The notes beneath the pieces are model-generated. The model did no database searches, was not told where the DNA came from, and saw only the letters and a program-made list of their open reading frames with translations. A DNA stretch of 64,000 bases, taken from Candidatus Kerfeldbacteria bacterium (GTDB taxonomy: Bacteria; Patescibacteriota; Patescibacteriia; UBA10025; JAHIVO01). Shown in pieces: positions 38,534 to 48,225 of the stretch. Position 1 is the stretch's first letter, and every line of letters begins with the position of its first letter. A program made the position numbers and the translations under genes. Location of the stretch: assembly GCA_016214565.1 (NCBI GenBank), contig JACROE010000002.1:920007-984006 (forward strand). The letters run 5' to 3'.

Positions 38534-38750
38534 GTCTTGTAGCACACTTAAAAAGAATTAAAACCGAAAAATAAAAATAAGTACCGAAACCGCCGGTAAC
38601 GCGAGGTGGGGTGATACGCTGGTGAAGCTGCTCGTGCATTAACCAAATCGAGGCTTTTTTTGTCTCGGTGGTGTCTGTCTGACTATATTGTTACTTGATT
38701 TGCGGCCTTGATGGCCATGTCCCATTAATCAACAACCAAAAATAAATATT

Positions 38751-41588
38751 ATGGCACTCACGCAAGTAAAGAAGCGGATCGGCACGATCGTTCCGTTTGA
38801 TAGATCGCGAATTGAGAATGCAATCAAAAAATCATTTCTTGCTACTTCCACCGATGTTACGGATGAGCAGATAATGAGCATGACCGACACCGTCATAGCA
38901 GAATTGGGCAACACTTTCGGCGACACCATTCCTTCAGTAGAAAATATTCAAGATGTCGTTGAGCGAATCATTGCGGAGCACGGCTTTTTTGAGGTTTCTA
39001 AAGCATATATTCTTTACCGTAAAGAGCGTGAGGCCGAGCGGGAAAAAATGCAGCGGGAATTGTACGCTCGGGCAAAAGCTCGCCAGCTGAAAGTACAGAA
39101 GCGTGACGGTTCAATGGTTGATTTTGACATTAGCATGATCGAACAAGCGGTCATGAAGTGTAATGGGCATCTAAATCGCGAAGCGATTCATGAGATTGTT
39201 GAGGATTCTTTGGCAAATGTGCACGACGGTATTACTACCAAAGAAATAAATAAGGCGGTCTTAATGGCAATTAAGGGTCGTATTGAGCGTGATGCGGGGT
39301 ACTCGAAGTTGGCCGCTCGATTTTTGTTTAATGACTTATATAAAGATGTTCTGGGTGTCGATGAGTCTGATCCGAAGTTCATTGGGCAATATCAATCGTC
39401 ATTAGCGCGGATGATTCAGCAGGGCGTGACTGCTGGGCGTTATGATCCGCGTTTACTCGACTTTAATTTGCCAAAACTCCAGGAAGCTATTCAACCTGAG
39501 CGCGATCGGATTTTTTGGTATCTAGGTGCCCAGACGTTGTATGACCGTTATTTTGTACGCGACCATGACCAGCATATCTTGGAAACTCCGCAGTACTTTT
39601 GGATGCGCATCGCCATGGGTCTTTCCATCAATGAAAAGGACAAAGAGGCTCGCGCCATAGAATTTTATGATGTCATTTCTCAGATGTATTATGTTCCATC
39701 GACGCCGACCTTATTTCACTCTGGTACGCATCACCCCCAAATGAGTTCTTGCTATTTAACCACGGTTGAGGACGATCTCGACCATATCTTCAAAGCGGTG
39801 GGAGATAATGCACAATTGTCCAAATGGTCAGGGGGACTGGGAAACGATTGGACTAATATTCGCGGTACCGGCGCACTGATCAAGTCAACCAATGTTGGCA
39901 GTCAGGGAGTAATTCCATTTCTTAAGATTGTTGATTCAACCACCGCCGCTATTAACCGCAGTGGCAAACGGCGCGGCGCGACCTGTGTATATCTCGAAAC
40001 ATGGCATTATGACATTGAGGCATTTCTTGAATTAAGGAAAAACACTGGTGATGAGCGCCGCCGCACTCATGATATTAATACGGCCAACTGGATTCCTGAT
40101 TTGTTTATGAAGCGGGTAATGGAAAATGGAACCTGGACACTTTTTTCTCCTGATGAAACTCCTGATTTGCACCATACCTACGGTCGTGATTTTGAAAAGC
40201 GATATGAAGCGTATGAACAGAAGGTAGCGCAAGGTGAAATTCGGCTTTTCAAACAGCTGAGCGCGGTCAAATTATGGCGCAAAATGATTACTATGATGTT
40301 TGAGACGGGTCATCCTTGGATAACATTCAAGGATCCCTGTAACATTCGTTCTCCTCAGGATCACGTGGGCGTGGTGCATAGCTCAAATTTATGCACTGAG
40401 ATAACGCTGAATACGTCAAAAGAGGAAACCGCCGTGTGCAATCTCGGTTCAATTAATTTACCTGCTCATGTAGACCAAGGTAAGATCAATAAAGAACAGA
40501 TGCGCACGACCGTCCGTACTGCGATGCGTATGCTGGATAATGTGATTGACCTGAATTATTATCCGACTAAGGAAGCAGAGCATTCTAATTTGAAGCATCG
40601 TCCGGTTGGCCTTGGCATAATGGGATTTCAGGATGTGCTGTATGATCTGGATTTGACTTTCGATAGCGATGAGGCGGTGCAGGTAGCCGATGAGTTAATG
40701 GAATTTATTTCGTATTACGCCATCATGGGATCGTCCGAATTAGCTAAAGAGCGCGGAACGTATCAAACCTATCAGGGTTCAAAATGGGATCGCGGACTAT
40801 TTCCGATTGACACTATGCGAATGCTTGAGGAAGAGCGGGGGATGAAGACCGGATTAGCTTTGACCGGTGCGCTGGACTGGGAGCCAGTGCGAAAACATGT
40901 GGCAGCGCATGGCATGCGGAATTCTAATTGTCTCGCAATTGCTCCGACCGCAACAATTGCTAATATATCAGGCTGCTTACCCTCGATTGAGCCGATCTAT
41001 AAGAATTTGTATGTTAAATCAAACGTGAGTGGTGAATTTACTGTAGTGAATCGTCATTTGGTGGAAGATTTGAAGAAATTGCATTTATGGAACCGTGAGA
41101 TGCTTGAAAAAATTAAATACTTTGATGGTAGTATTCAACAAATATCCGAGGTGCCCGCTGAACTGAAGGCCAAATACAAGGAGGTATTTGAAATAGACAC
41201 GTATTGGATCGTGAAGCACGCTGCACATCGCAGTAAATGGATCGATCAGAGTCAATCAGTGAATATATTTACCAAGAGCGATTCTGGCGCATTGATTTCC
41301 GATGTGTATCTGACAGCTTGGAAAATGGGCGTCAAAACGACGTATTACCTGCGTACTTTAGGCGCTTCTGCGATTGAGAAGTCCACCCTCGACATAAATA
41401 AGAAATTCGAGTCAGCCCCAGCCGCTGCCGCCATTGTTAAACCAGTGCAGCAGCCAGCGCCGATTGTACCTGAGCCCGCGGCTCCTACTTTTGTCAGTCC
41501 GCTTGCCGCGCCCGTTGCTCCAGCCGTTGTATCTGCGCCGCAATCGTCAGCGGTCGTGAATGACGAGGAATGTGAGGCATGCCAGTAA
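38751..41588 (+). CDS. nrdA: Class I ribonucleotide reductase alpha subunit with two ATP cones
   Basis: VKKRIG...FD and VQKRDG...FD cones; SSCYL, SNLCTEI, KTTYY; terminal CEACQ. Confidence 0.96.
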   Translation: MALTQVKKRIGTIVPFDRSRIENAIKKSFLATSTDVTDEQIMSMTDTVIAELGNTFGDTIPSVENIQDVVERIIAEHGFFEVSKAYILYRKEREAEREKMQRELYARAKARQLKVQKRDGSMVDFDISMIEQAVMKCNGHLNREAIHEIVEDSLANVHDGITTKEINKAVLMAIKGRIERDAGYSKLAARFLFNDLYKDVLGVDESDPKFIGQYQSSLARMIQQGVTAGRYDPRLLDFNLPKLQEAIQPERDRIFWYLGAQTLYDRYFVRDHDQHILETPQYFWMRIAMGLSINEKDKEARAIEFYDVISQMYYVPSTPTLFHSGTHHPQMSSCYLTTVEDDLDHIFKAVGDNAQLSKWSGGLGNDWTNIRGTGALIKSTNVGSQGVIPFLKIVDSTTAAINRSGKRRGATCVYLETWHYDIEAFLELRKNTGDERRRTHDINTANWIPDLFMKRVMENGTWTLFSPDETPDLHHTYGRDFEKRYEAYEQKVAQGEIRLFKQLSAVKLWRKMITMMFETGHPWITFKDPCNIRSPQDHVGVVHSSNLCTEITLNTSKEETAVCNLGSINLPAHVDQGKINKEQMRTTVRTAMRMLDNVIDLNYYPTKEAEHSNLKHRPVGLGIMGFQDVLYDLDLTFDSDEAVQVADELMEFISYYAIMGSSELAKERGTYQTYQGSKWDRGLFPIDTMRMLEEERGMKTGLALTGALDWEPVRKHVAAHGMRNSNCLAIAPTATIANISGCLPSIEPIYKNLYVKSNVSGEFTVVNRHLVEDLKKLHLWNREMLEKIKYFDGSIQQISEVPAELKAKYKEVFEIDTYWIVKHAAHRSKWIDQSQSVNIFTKSDSGALISDVYLTAWKMGVKTTYYLRTLGASAIEKSTLDINKKFESAPAAAAIVKPVQQPAPIVPEPAAPTFVSPLAAPVAPAVVSAPQSSAVVNDEECEACQ

Positions 41589-41612
41589 TTATTAAGTAAC
41601 GTTTCAAAGAAT

Positions 41613-42623
41613 ATGGATACAACTCAAGATGAAAAGAAAATACTGAATTGTAGTACTACTGATCCGAATAAAATTTTGCCCATGAAGTACACGTGGGCAC
41701 GGCAACATTATAAAAACGGTGTAGCTAATAACTGGGTACCCGAAGAGGTGAATATGCAAAAGGATGTAGAAATGTGGCAGAGTCCGACCGCCTTGACTGA
41801 AGATGAGCGTCGTTTGGTCATGTGGAACATGGGATTTTTTTCCACGGCGGAAAGTCTAACCGCTAATAACATTGTTTTAATTATTTACCGCTTAATTACG
41901 AATCCCGAATGCCGGCAGTATTTGCTTCGCCAGGCGTATGAAGAAGCAGTTCATACCGATACTTTTATCTATTGCTGCGACACACTTGGACTGGATCCAG
42001 AAGATGTGTACACGATGTATAATCGGATCCCGAGTATCAAAGAAAAGGACGATTTTGTAGTAAATATGACTAAATCAATTCTTGATCCGAATTTTACAAC
42101 GGTAGGAGATGAGAACATTCAGAAATTTGTCCATGACTTAGTTGGTTTCTACGTAATTATGGAAGGCATTTTCTTCTACGCTGGTTTTGTCATGATGCTG
42201 TCTTTCATGCGACAGAATAAAATGGTTGGAGTAGGTGAACAATTTCAATTCATTTTACGCGATGAATCAGTTCACCTAGCTTTTGGCGTTGATCTTATCA
42301 ATACGATTGTCAAAGAGAATCCTCACATTTGGACTCCAGAATTTCAGAAAATCGTTCGCGATAATATAATCAAGTCAGTCGACCTGGAAAATACGTACGC
42401 CCGCGATTGCTTGCCGCATGGTATTCTTGGGTTAAACGCAGATTCGATCAAGCAGTATATTGAATATATTGCCGATAGGCGTCTCGAACGGATTCACCTC
42501 AAGAGTGAATATGGTACCGCCAATCCATTTCCCTGGATGAGCGAGGTGATTGATCTTCGCAAAGAGAAGAATTTCTTTGAAACGCGAGTAACTGAGTATA
42601 AAACGGGCGGGCTAAAATGGTAA
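41613..42623 (+). CDS. nrdB: Ribonucleotide reductase beta subunit, class Ic signature
   Basis: FFSTAES, EEAVHTDTF, EGIFFY, RDESVH and KNFFETRVTEY motifs. Confidence 0.95.
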   Translation: MDTTQDEKKILNCSTTDPNKILPMKYTWARQHYKNGVANNWVPEEVNMQKDVEMWQSPTALTEDERRLVMWNMGFFSTAESLTANNIVLIIYRLITNPECRQYLLRQAYEEAVHTDTFIYCCDTLGLDPEDVYTMYNRIPSIKEKDDFVVNMTKSILDPNFTTVGDENIQKFVHDLVGFYVIMEGIFFYAGFVMMLSFMRQNKMVGVGEQFQFILRDESVHLAFGVDLINTIVKENPHIWTPEFQKIVRDNIIKSVDLENTYARDCLPHGILGLNADSIKQYIEYIADRRLERIHLKSEYGTANPFPWMSEVIDLRKEKNFFETRVTEYKTGGLKW

Positions 42624-42641
42624 TTGCATTGTACGAGCATT

Positions 42642-42669
42642 AAGTGCCGGTGAAAAGCCGGCACTTTTT
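42642..42669 (+). terminator. nrdAB terminator
   Basis: AAGTGCCGG / CCGGCACTT stem followed by a T-tract. Confidence 0.85.
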
Positions 42670-42720
42670 GACTTCAATGAAAAAAAATGGTATACTCGAA
42701 GTCATAAAGCAACGTATTCA

Positions 42721-44715
42721 GTGAAATGTATGCGAGGAAAGCTTTTAAACGTTTTTTTATTCCTCTGTGCCGTTGTAAGCGTCGCGATTTTTGCACGGTC
42801 TTATGCCGTCTTTGAGCTCAATGATGCAAAAGCACAATCAGGTGCTAATTATGTAGTTGCGTATCTTGAGACCCCCGATGTTACGAATTCGACGGGGACT
42901 ACTGTTTCAGGGCAAACTCCATTTACGGTTCGTCTGGCCGGAACACTAGCTCCGCAAATTACCAGCGTTACCGTCTCGTTGGTGAATTCCGCAAGTGTGA
43001 TTCAACCAATGCATTGTATCAACGCCACTATTGATACAGAATTTCGCTGGCACGCTTTTTGCGATACCCTCGGGTTCAGTAACGGTATCTATCGGATACA
43101 GCTTACCGCAATGGCCGGTAGCACTGCTATTATGTTAGTAAAAAGCACCGGGCTACCCGCAGAATTCGGCCCACTAACGATTCAAAATCAATTTACTTTT
43201 ACTCAGCCAGGTTCAAATGTCATTTCGGGCTCGGTACCGGTCAGCGTATCATTATCAGGAGATGTACTGAACGCACGAGTGCATATAGCACAATCTGGAT
43301 CAGGTGACATATTAGATTTGCAAAAAACCAGCGGTGAGCCGATGCGCAGCTCTGTATGGCAGCGATCACTAGATACCGCCACTTTTGTAAATGGCACATA
43401 TTCTATCGCTCTCAGTTTTCAGAGTTTAAATGGTACTTTCCGCGAGCGTGTAGTGACCCAGACGGTAACAATTTCAAACCAGACAGCCTGTACGGCTCTG
43501 TGGACGTGCGGTGAGTGGAGCGCGTGCTCGACGTCAGGGATTCGCACTCGTAGCTGTTCAGATGGATGCGGTACGACAACCACCGAATCACAGCCTTGTT
43601 CTACCAATACTGAGAGTAACTCTACAACCACCAAGCAAACCTCATTAGGAATTAGTATCACACAGCCGCAGGCGCAAACAACAGTGAGCGAATTATTAGC
43701 GTTGCGTGCACAGGTCAGTGGGTCGGCTCAGGCAGTTACATTTTTTTATATGATTCCGTTATCGACTGTTGAGTACCGGATTGCCAATGCTAGTCAAAGC
43801 ACCACTGATCCGACAGTGTGGACGCAAACGTGGAATACTCGCGATGTGCCAAATGGTAGTTATTTCATTGTGGCTCGAGCAAGTGACTCGGCTGGCCAAA
43901 CCGCTTTGAGTTCGCCCATTGGCGTGGCTGTATTGAATCAGACAACGGATGCCACGCCGAGTAATACGAGTGATTCGCCTCAAGCTCCTGCGACCGATAC
44001 GTATACCCAACCAGATACTGATGGGGATGGCGCTGATGACGCTACCGAATTAACGCTGGGAACCGATGCGACAACGCCGGATGCTACCACGACGACCGAC
44101 TCAATCATTCGTCAAATATTTACAAGTGATCCTGATGAAGCTCAGGCCGCACTTAATCAGCTCGTTGATCTCGGGAGACTGACTCAGGCGCAAGCTGAGC
44201 AAATACGTACTCGGCTCGATCAAACAGCTTTTGAGCAACCGACGAGAAGCGGCGTGGAAGCGCCGGAGAAGCTTAAGGTACGCGCCATTCTTAGCGCAAA
44301 GCCCGAATCAAACCGCAGTCAATTCATCATTTCCGGAGTTGGTCCAGCCGATAGTTATGTGACATTGTATATATATTCAAATCCTATCGTGGTTACTACC
44401 CAAACTGATGCACAGGGAAATTTTGAGTATACCCTCGATTCCAATTTACTTGATGGCAAGCACGAGGTGTACGTCACCGTTAATGATGAAACTGGTAAAA
44501 TTATTGAAAAAAGCGCACCGCTAACATTTTTTGTGAGAAGTGCTCAGGCTATTTCCGAGGAAGAATATTTGCGTGGGGACGTGGATGTAGTCACCTCGGG
44601 TAGCCAGCAAATGGCACAGTATATTCGAATAGTCGCAATTATTATTTTAAGTTTGATTGCGGCATTAGGCATCGGTTGGTTAATACGAAAAAAATCAAAA
44701 CCACTGAATCCATGA
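42721..44715 (+). CDS. Large surface protein with Ig-like domains, a TSP1-like module, a DxDxDG motif and a C-terminal TM anchor
   Basis: Signal peptide; repeated DT...NGxY strands; WTCGEWSAC...RTRSC; DTDGDG. Confidence 0.75.
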   Translation: MKCMRGKLLNVFLFLCAVVSVAIFARSYAVFELNDAKAQSGANYVVAYLETPDVTNSTGTTVSGQTPFTVRLAGTLAPQITSVTVSLVNSASVIQPMHCINATIDTEFRWHAFCDTLGFSNGIYRIQLTAMAGSTAIMLVKSTGLPAEFGPLTIQNQFTFTQPGSNVISGSVPVSVSLSGDVLNARVHIAQSGSGDILDLQKTSGEPMRSSVWQRSLDTATFVNGTYSIALSFQSLNGTFRERVVTQTVTISNQTACTALWTCGEWSACSTSGIRTRSCSDGCGTTTTESQPCSTNTESNSTTTKQTSLGISITQPQAQTTVSELLALRAQVSGSAQAVTFFYMIPLSTVEYRIANASQSTTDPTVWTQTWNTRDVPNGSYFIVARASDSAGQTALSSPIGVAVLNQTTDATPSNTSDSPQAPATDTYTQPDTDGDGADDATELTLGTDATTPDATTTTDSIIRQIFTSDPDEAQAALNQLVDLGRLTQAQAEQIRTRLDQTAFEQPTRSGVEAPEKLKVRAILSAKPESNRSQFIISGVGPADSYVTLYIYSNPIVVTTQTDAQGNFEYTLDSNLLDGKHEVYVTVNDETGKIIEKSAPLTFFVRSAQAISEEEYLRGDVDVVTSGSQQMAQYIRIVAIIILSLIAALGIGWLIRKKSKPLNP

Positions 44716-46106
44716 CCTTCTCACCAGCTCAAACCTGGCGCACGCTTCGGGATAATTTCCAATTTATATATGGAATTTTTTTGTTTATCTTGATTCCTGG
44801 TGCACTGGTGGTTAATACTGTACTTCTGACGAGTCGGACCAGCACGATCATGGATATTGAATTGCAGCGAAAAGCTTCACTGGCTGCCAGCATTGTGAGT
44901 AGTAGTATTCGAAATAAATTTGACAATATTGAGATTGTACAAAGTGAATTAGTGCAGATTGCCGATCAGAATGAGGAGATTCGTAGTCTTGATGTATTAA
45001 TTCCTGAAAATGATCAGTTTCGCATCGTTGCCAGTCTTGATACTACTCAGGTGGGCACGCTTTCAAATTATTTGTATAATACGATTGCTTGGCAAACGGG
45101 TGAGCCAATCGCTTATCAAACAAATTCAGCTGCTCGATCGACCGAAGACCCAACGCAAGTTGGGGAAGAGCGATTTTGGGTTATTGTTCGGCCCATAAAA
45201 AATGATGATGGATCGCTTATTGGAATCATTTCCATGAAGGTCTCCTCGGCTATTATTGATAATTTGACTCAGGATAATTTAAACCGCTCACTTGCAATTT
45301 TACTATTTTCAATAGTAATTATTGTTCTCTTGCTAGCCCACAATGCCCGTTTGTTCCGTAATACGATTTTACTACAGAAGCTGAAAGAGGTTGATGCCAT
45401 GAAAGATGAGTTTATTTCTATGGCCTCTCATGAATTGCGAGCACCTATTACGGGCATTCGTGGCTATTTGCAGATGATTCTCGATGGTTCATTTGGGCCA
45501 CTCCCAGCTGACGTTCGCCAAAAATTATCAATGGTTAATGAAGAGAGTAATCGATTACATGCGTTGGTGGAAGATTTGCTTGAAGTTTCTCGGATTGAAC
45601 AGGGAAGAGTGAGTTTGAATTTACAGCCGAGCGATGTAGCGCCAATAATAACGACTGTTTGCCAAGTACTGGGCGTCCAGGCCAGCGTCAAGGGACTGGA
45701 TTTAGTAAAATCAATTCAGCCGAATTTGCCATACGCTTTGGTTGACCCTGGTCGTTTTCAACAAATTCTCATGAATTTGGTAAGTAATTCCATAAAATAT
45801 ACGATGCACGGAAAGGTAACCATCGCGGCGGAAGAAATCCGTGATAAAAAATCGATGGTCCGTATAAAAATATCAGATACGGGCATGGGAATTGCAGCTA
45901 AAGATCGAGATCGCCTTTTTCAAAAGTTTTATCGAGTTCATAATAAAGAAACCGATAAAATTATCGGCACCGGTTTGGGATTATGGATTACCCGTGAATT
46001 AGTTCATCTGATGAAAGGTGAGATTTATTTGGATAGCATTGAACACCTGGGTACGCACGTGACTGTATTAGTTCCATTAGCCCCGCCCAAGCAAATTTCA
46101 CATTAA
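44712..46106 (+). CDS. Sensor histidine kinase
   Basis: H box SHELRAP; N box NLVSNSIKY; DTGMG; GTGLGL; two TM segments. Confidence 0.93.
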   Translation: MTFSPAQTWRTLRDNFQFIYGIFLFILIPGALVVNTVLLTSRTSTIMDIELQRKASLAASIVSSSIRNKFDNIEIVQSELVQIADQNEEIRSLDVLIPENDQFRIVASLDTTQVGTLSNYLYNTIAWQTGEPIAYQTNSAARSTEDPTQVGEERFWVIVRPIKNDDGSLIGIISMKVSSAIIDNLTQDNLNRSLAILLFSIVIIVLLLAHNARLFRNTILLQKLKEVDAMKDEFISMASHELRAPITGIRGYLQMILDGSFGPLPADVRQKLSMVNEESNRLHALVEDLLEVSRIEQGRVSLNLQPSDVAPIITTVCQVLGVQASVKGLDLVKSIQPNLPYALVDPGRFQQILMNLVSNSIKYTMHGKVTIAAEEIRDKKSMVRIKISDTGMGIAAKDRDRLFQKFYRVHNKETDKIIGTGLGLWITRELVHLMKGEIYLDSIEHLGTHVTVLVPLAPPKQISH

Positions 46107-46110
46107 TACT

Positions 46111-46482
46111 ATGCCTGCAGTAGCCATCATTGGCGCCTCGAATAATCGCGCTAAGTACGGCAATAAAGCTGTCCGAGCGTATCGTGAGGCTGGGTGGAAA
46201 GTTTTTCCGGTAAATACTCACGAAACGATCATTGAAACAATTCCCGTTTTTCATTACATCTCTGATATTAAGGAAACAATTGATCGAGTAGCATTATACG
46301 TTCCGCCTGAGGTTGGATTGACTCTCATTCCTGAAATTGCTCAGGTGAAGCCGAGAGAATTATACTGCAACCCGGGGAGTGAAAGTGACGCCCTGATTGC
46401 TGAAGCGCGGTCACGAGGACTTGAACCCATTGTAGCTTGCGCCATCATTGCCATAGGGAAACAGCCGCGTAATTATCATTAA
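46111..46482 (+). CDS. CoA-binding domain protein
   Basis: VAIIGASNNRAKYG...FPVN...NPG. Confidence 0.85.
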   Translation: MPAVAIIGASNNRAKYGNKAVRAYREAGWKVFPVNTHETIIETIPVFHYISDIKETIDRVALYVPPEVGLTLIPEIAQVKPRELYCNPGSESDALIAEARSRGLEPIVACAIIAIGKQPRNYH

Positions 46483-46492
46483 TTGATATACC

Positions 46493-46933
46493 ATGCTCTA
46501 TATTGCATCAGATTATGCCGGATACACCGTCAAGGAGCGAATAAAGAAGATTTTAGAAAAAAGTAGCGTCAACTTTGTTGATGTGGGTTGCACGTCCGCA
46601 CTTAAAAAAAACGATTTTACCGATTATATTAAATCTGTTGTTCAACCTGTTCAGTTATCAAATAAGAATTTTGGTATTTTAGTGTGTGGAACAGGGCAGG
46701 GGATGACCATCGGTGCAAATCGATTTAAAAAAATTCGAGCGACGCTGGTCTATACGCCACGTCAAGCACGATTTGCGCGAACCCACGATAATTCAAATGT
46801 TTTAGTCGTAGCCGCCTGGGAGGTGCGTTCATCACAATTGTATCCACTTATCAGCGCCTGGCTCAAGACTCCCTTTCAACCGCTGGCTCGTCGCGTGAGA
46901 CGATTAAAAAAAATAGATACATGGCCACAATAA
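46493..46933 (+). CDS. rpiB: Ribose-5-phosphate isomerase B
   Basis: ASDYAG, CGTGQG...ANR and HDNSNVL motifs. Confidence 0.88.
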   Translation: MLYIASDYAGYTVKERIKKILEKSSVNFVDVGCTSALKKNDFTDYIKSVVQPVQLSNKNFGILVCGTGQGMTIGANRFKKIRATLVYTPRQARFARTHDNSNVLVVAAWEVRSSQLYPLISAWLKTPFQPLARRVRRLKKIDTWPQ

Positions 46934-47553
46934 TTCCCGGCATTTTAACGGATTCGCTTGCTGAAGCTCAACGTCAACTTGATCGTTTGGTGGGTTTAGT
47001 TGAATGGGCGCAGATTGATTTTATGGACGGCTTGTTTGTTCCGGCTCAGTCAATAACCGCAGAGGAAGCCAATACGTTGATGACCGATTTAAAGCTTGAA
47101 GCGCATTTGATGGTTCGCGACCCTGAAGCATGGGCAACACTGCTTTCGCCAACGTTATTTCGACGTGTATATTTTCATGTCGAAGCTTTGGCTGATCCGA
47201 CTGAGCTCATCCGCCAATTACGAGAGGCTGGTTTCTTAATTGGCTGCGCTGTAAATCTTGGTACCCCGCTGGACCGGTACCGCGAATACGTCGAATTAGT
47301 TGATAATGTGCTGTTCATGGGGGTCCCATCAGGAGCCCAAGGACAGGCGTTTGATCCTCGAGTCATCGAAACAATTAAGGCATTTATTCTTGAGTTTCCT
47401 GATCATCAAATAGGCATCGATGGCGGGATGACGCTCCAAACAATTGATCAGGCAGCTAATGCTGGGGTAGACGATATCATCGTTGGGTCAGCCATTTCTC
47501 ACAGTGACAATGTTTCAGAAACAATTCAAGCGTTACGATCAATAATTGAATAA
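46921..47553 (+). CDS. rpe: Ribulose-phosphate 3-epimerase
   Basis: IDFMDGLFVP, EAHLMV, DGG and VGS motifs. Confidence 0.88.
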   Translation: MATIIPGILTDSLAEAQRQLDRLVGLVEWAQIDFMDGLFVPAQSITAEEANTLMTDLKLEAHLMVRDPEAWATLLSPTLFRRVYFHVEALADPTELIRQLREAGFLIGCAVNLGTPLDRYREYVELVDNVLFMGVPSGAQGQAFDPRVIETIKAFILEFPDHQIGIDGGMTLQTIDQAANAGVDDIIVGSAISHSDNVSETIQALRSIIE

Positions 47554-47572
47554 TAAGTATAAATTATTTTTT

Positions 47573-48220
47573 ATGAAAACGTATCTGCACTCAGCTATTT
47601 TAAAAGAGATCGAATGGTCATTAGAACGCGGTTTGATTGATGGAGTAATTACAAACCCAACACTTTTGAATAGCGCTGATCGAAAATTAGGCGATGTGGT
47701 CAATGACATTTTGGAGACGGTTTCCACCGCGCCGGTTCATATTCAAATTGTTTCACAAACCGTTGACGAAATGATTGCTGAAGCAAAAACAGTGTCAAAA
47801 CTTGCTAAAAATGTGGTCATAAAGATTCCCATGACTGATGAAGGGTTGCTTGCTGTTCGTGAGTTACGTTTAAAAGGTATTAAGACAAACATTACGCCAA
47901 TTTTTTCGATCTCCCAAGCATTACTTGCTGCTCGTGCAGGAGCAGAATACATTACCCTATTCGAGGGTATCGCAAATGAGCTCGGTGCTAAAGAAATGGA
48001 TATTGCTCGCGATATCGCGCTTATTTTTCGTCAAAATCAATTTTCAACGGAAATTGTTGTGAGTAGCATTGAGGATGCTGCTGAGGTTGAGGCGCTTGCT
48101 CTGCAAGATATGCCCAGCGTTGCCGTTCCGGAGAAAGTATTAGTGCAAATGTACCGCACCCCCCAAACTGATAAAGGGTTAAAAAAGTTTAATGATGATT
48201 GGGATAAAATTCCTAAGTAA
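47573..48220 (+). CDS. Transaldolase/fructose-6-phosphate aldolase family protein, divergent
   Basis: DGVITNPTL; Schiff-base VVIKIP; C-terminal TDKGLKKFNDDW. Confidence 0.85.
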   Translation: MKTYLHSAILKEIEWSLERGLIDGVITNPTLLNSADRKLGDVVNDILETVSTAPVHIQIVSQTVDEMIAEAKTVSKLAKNVVIKIPMTDEGLLAVRELRLKGIKTNITPIFSISQALLAARAGAEYITLFEGIANELGAKEMDIARDIALIFRQNQFSTEIVVSSIEDAAEVEALALQDMPSVAVPEKVLVQMYRTPQTDKGLKKFNDDWDKIPK

Positions 48221-48225
48221 CGAGC

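Noticed and set aside
38751-41588. Intein or intron in nrdA
   Set aside because: The extra length is explained by a second ATP cone and a Pro/Ala linker; no splicing motifs or frame breaks
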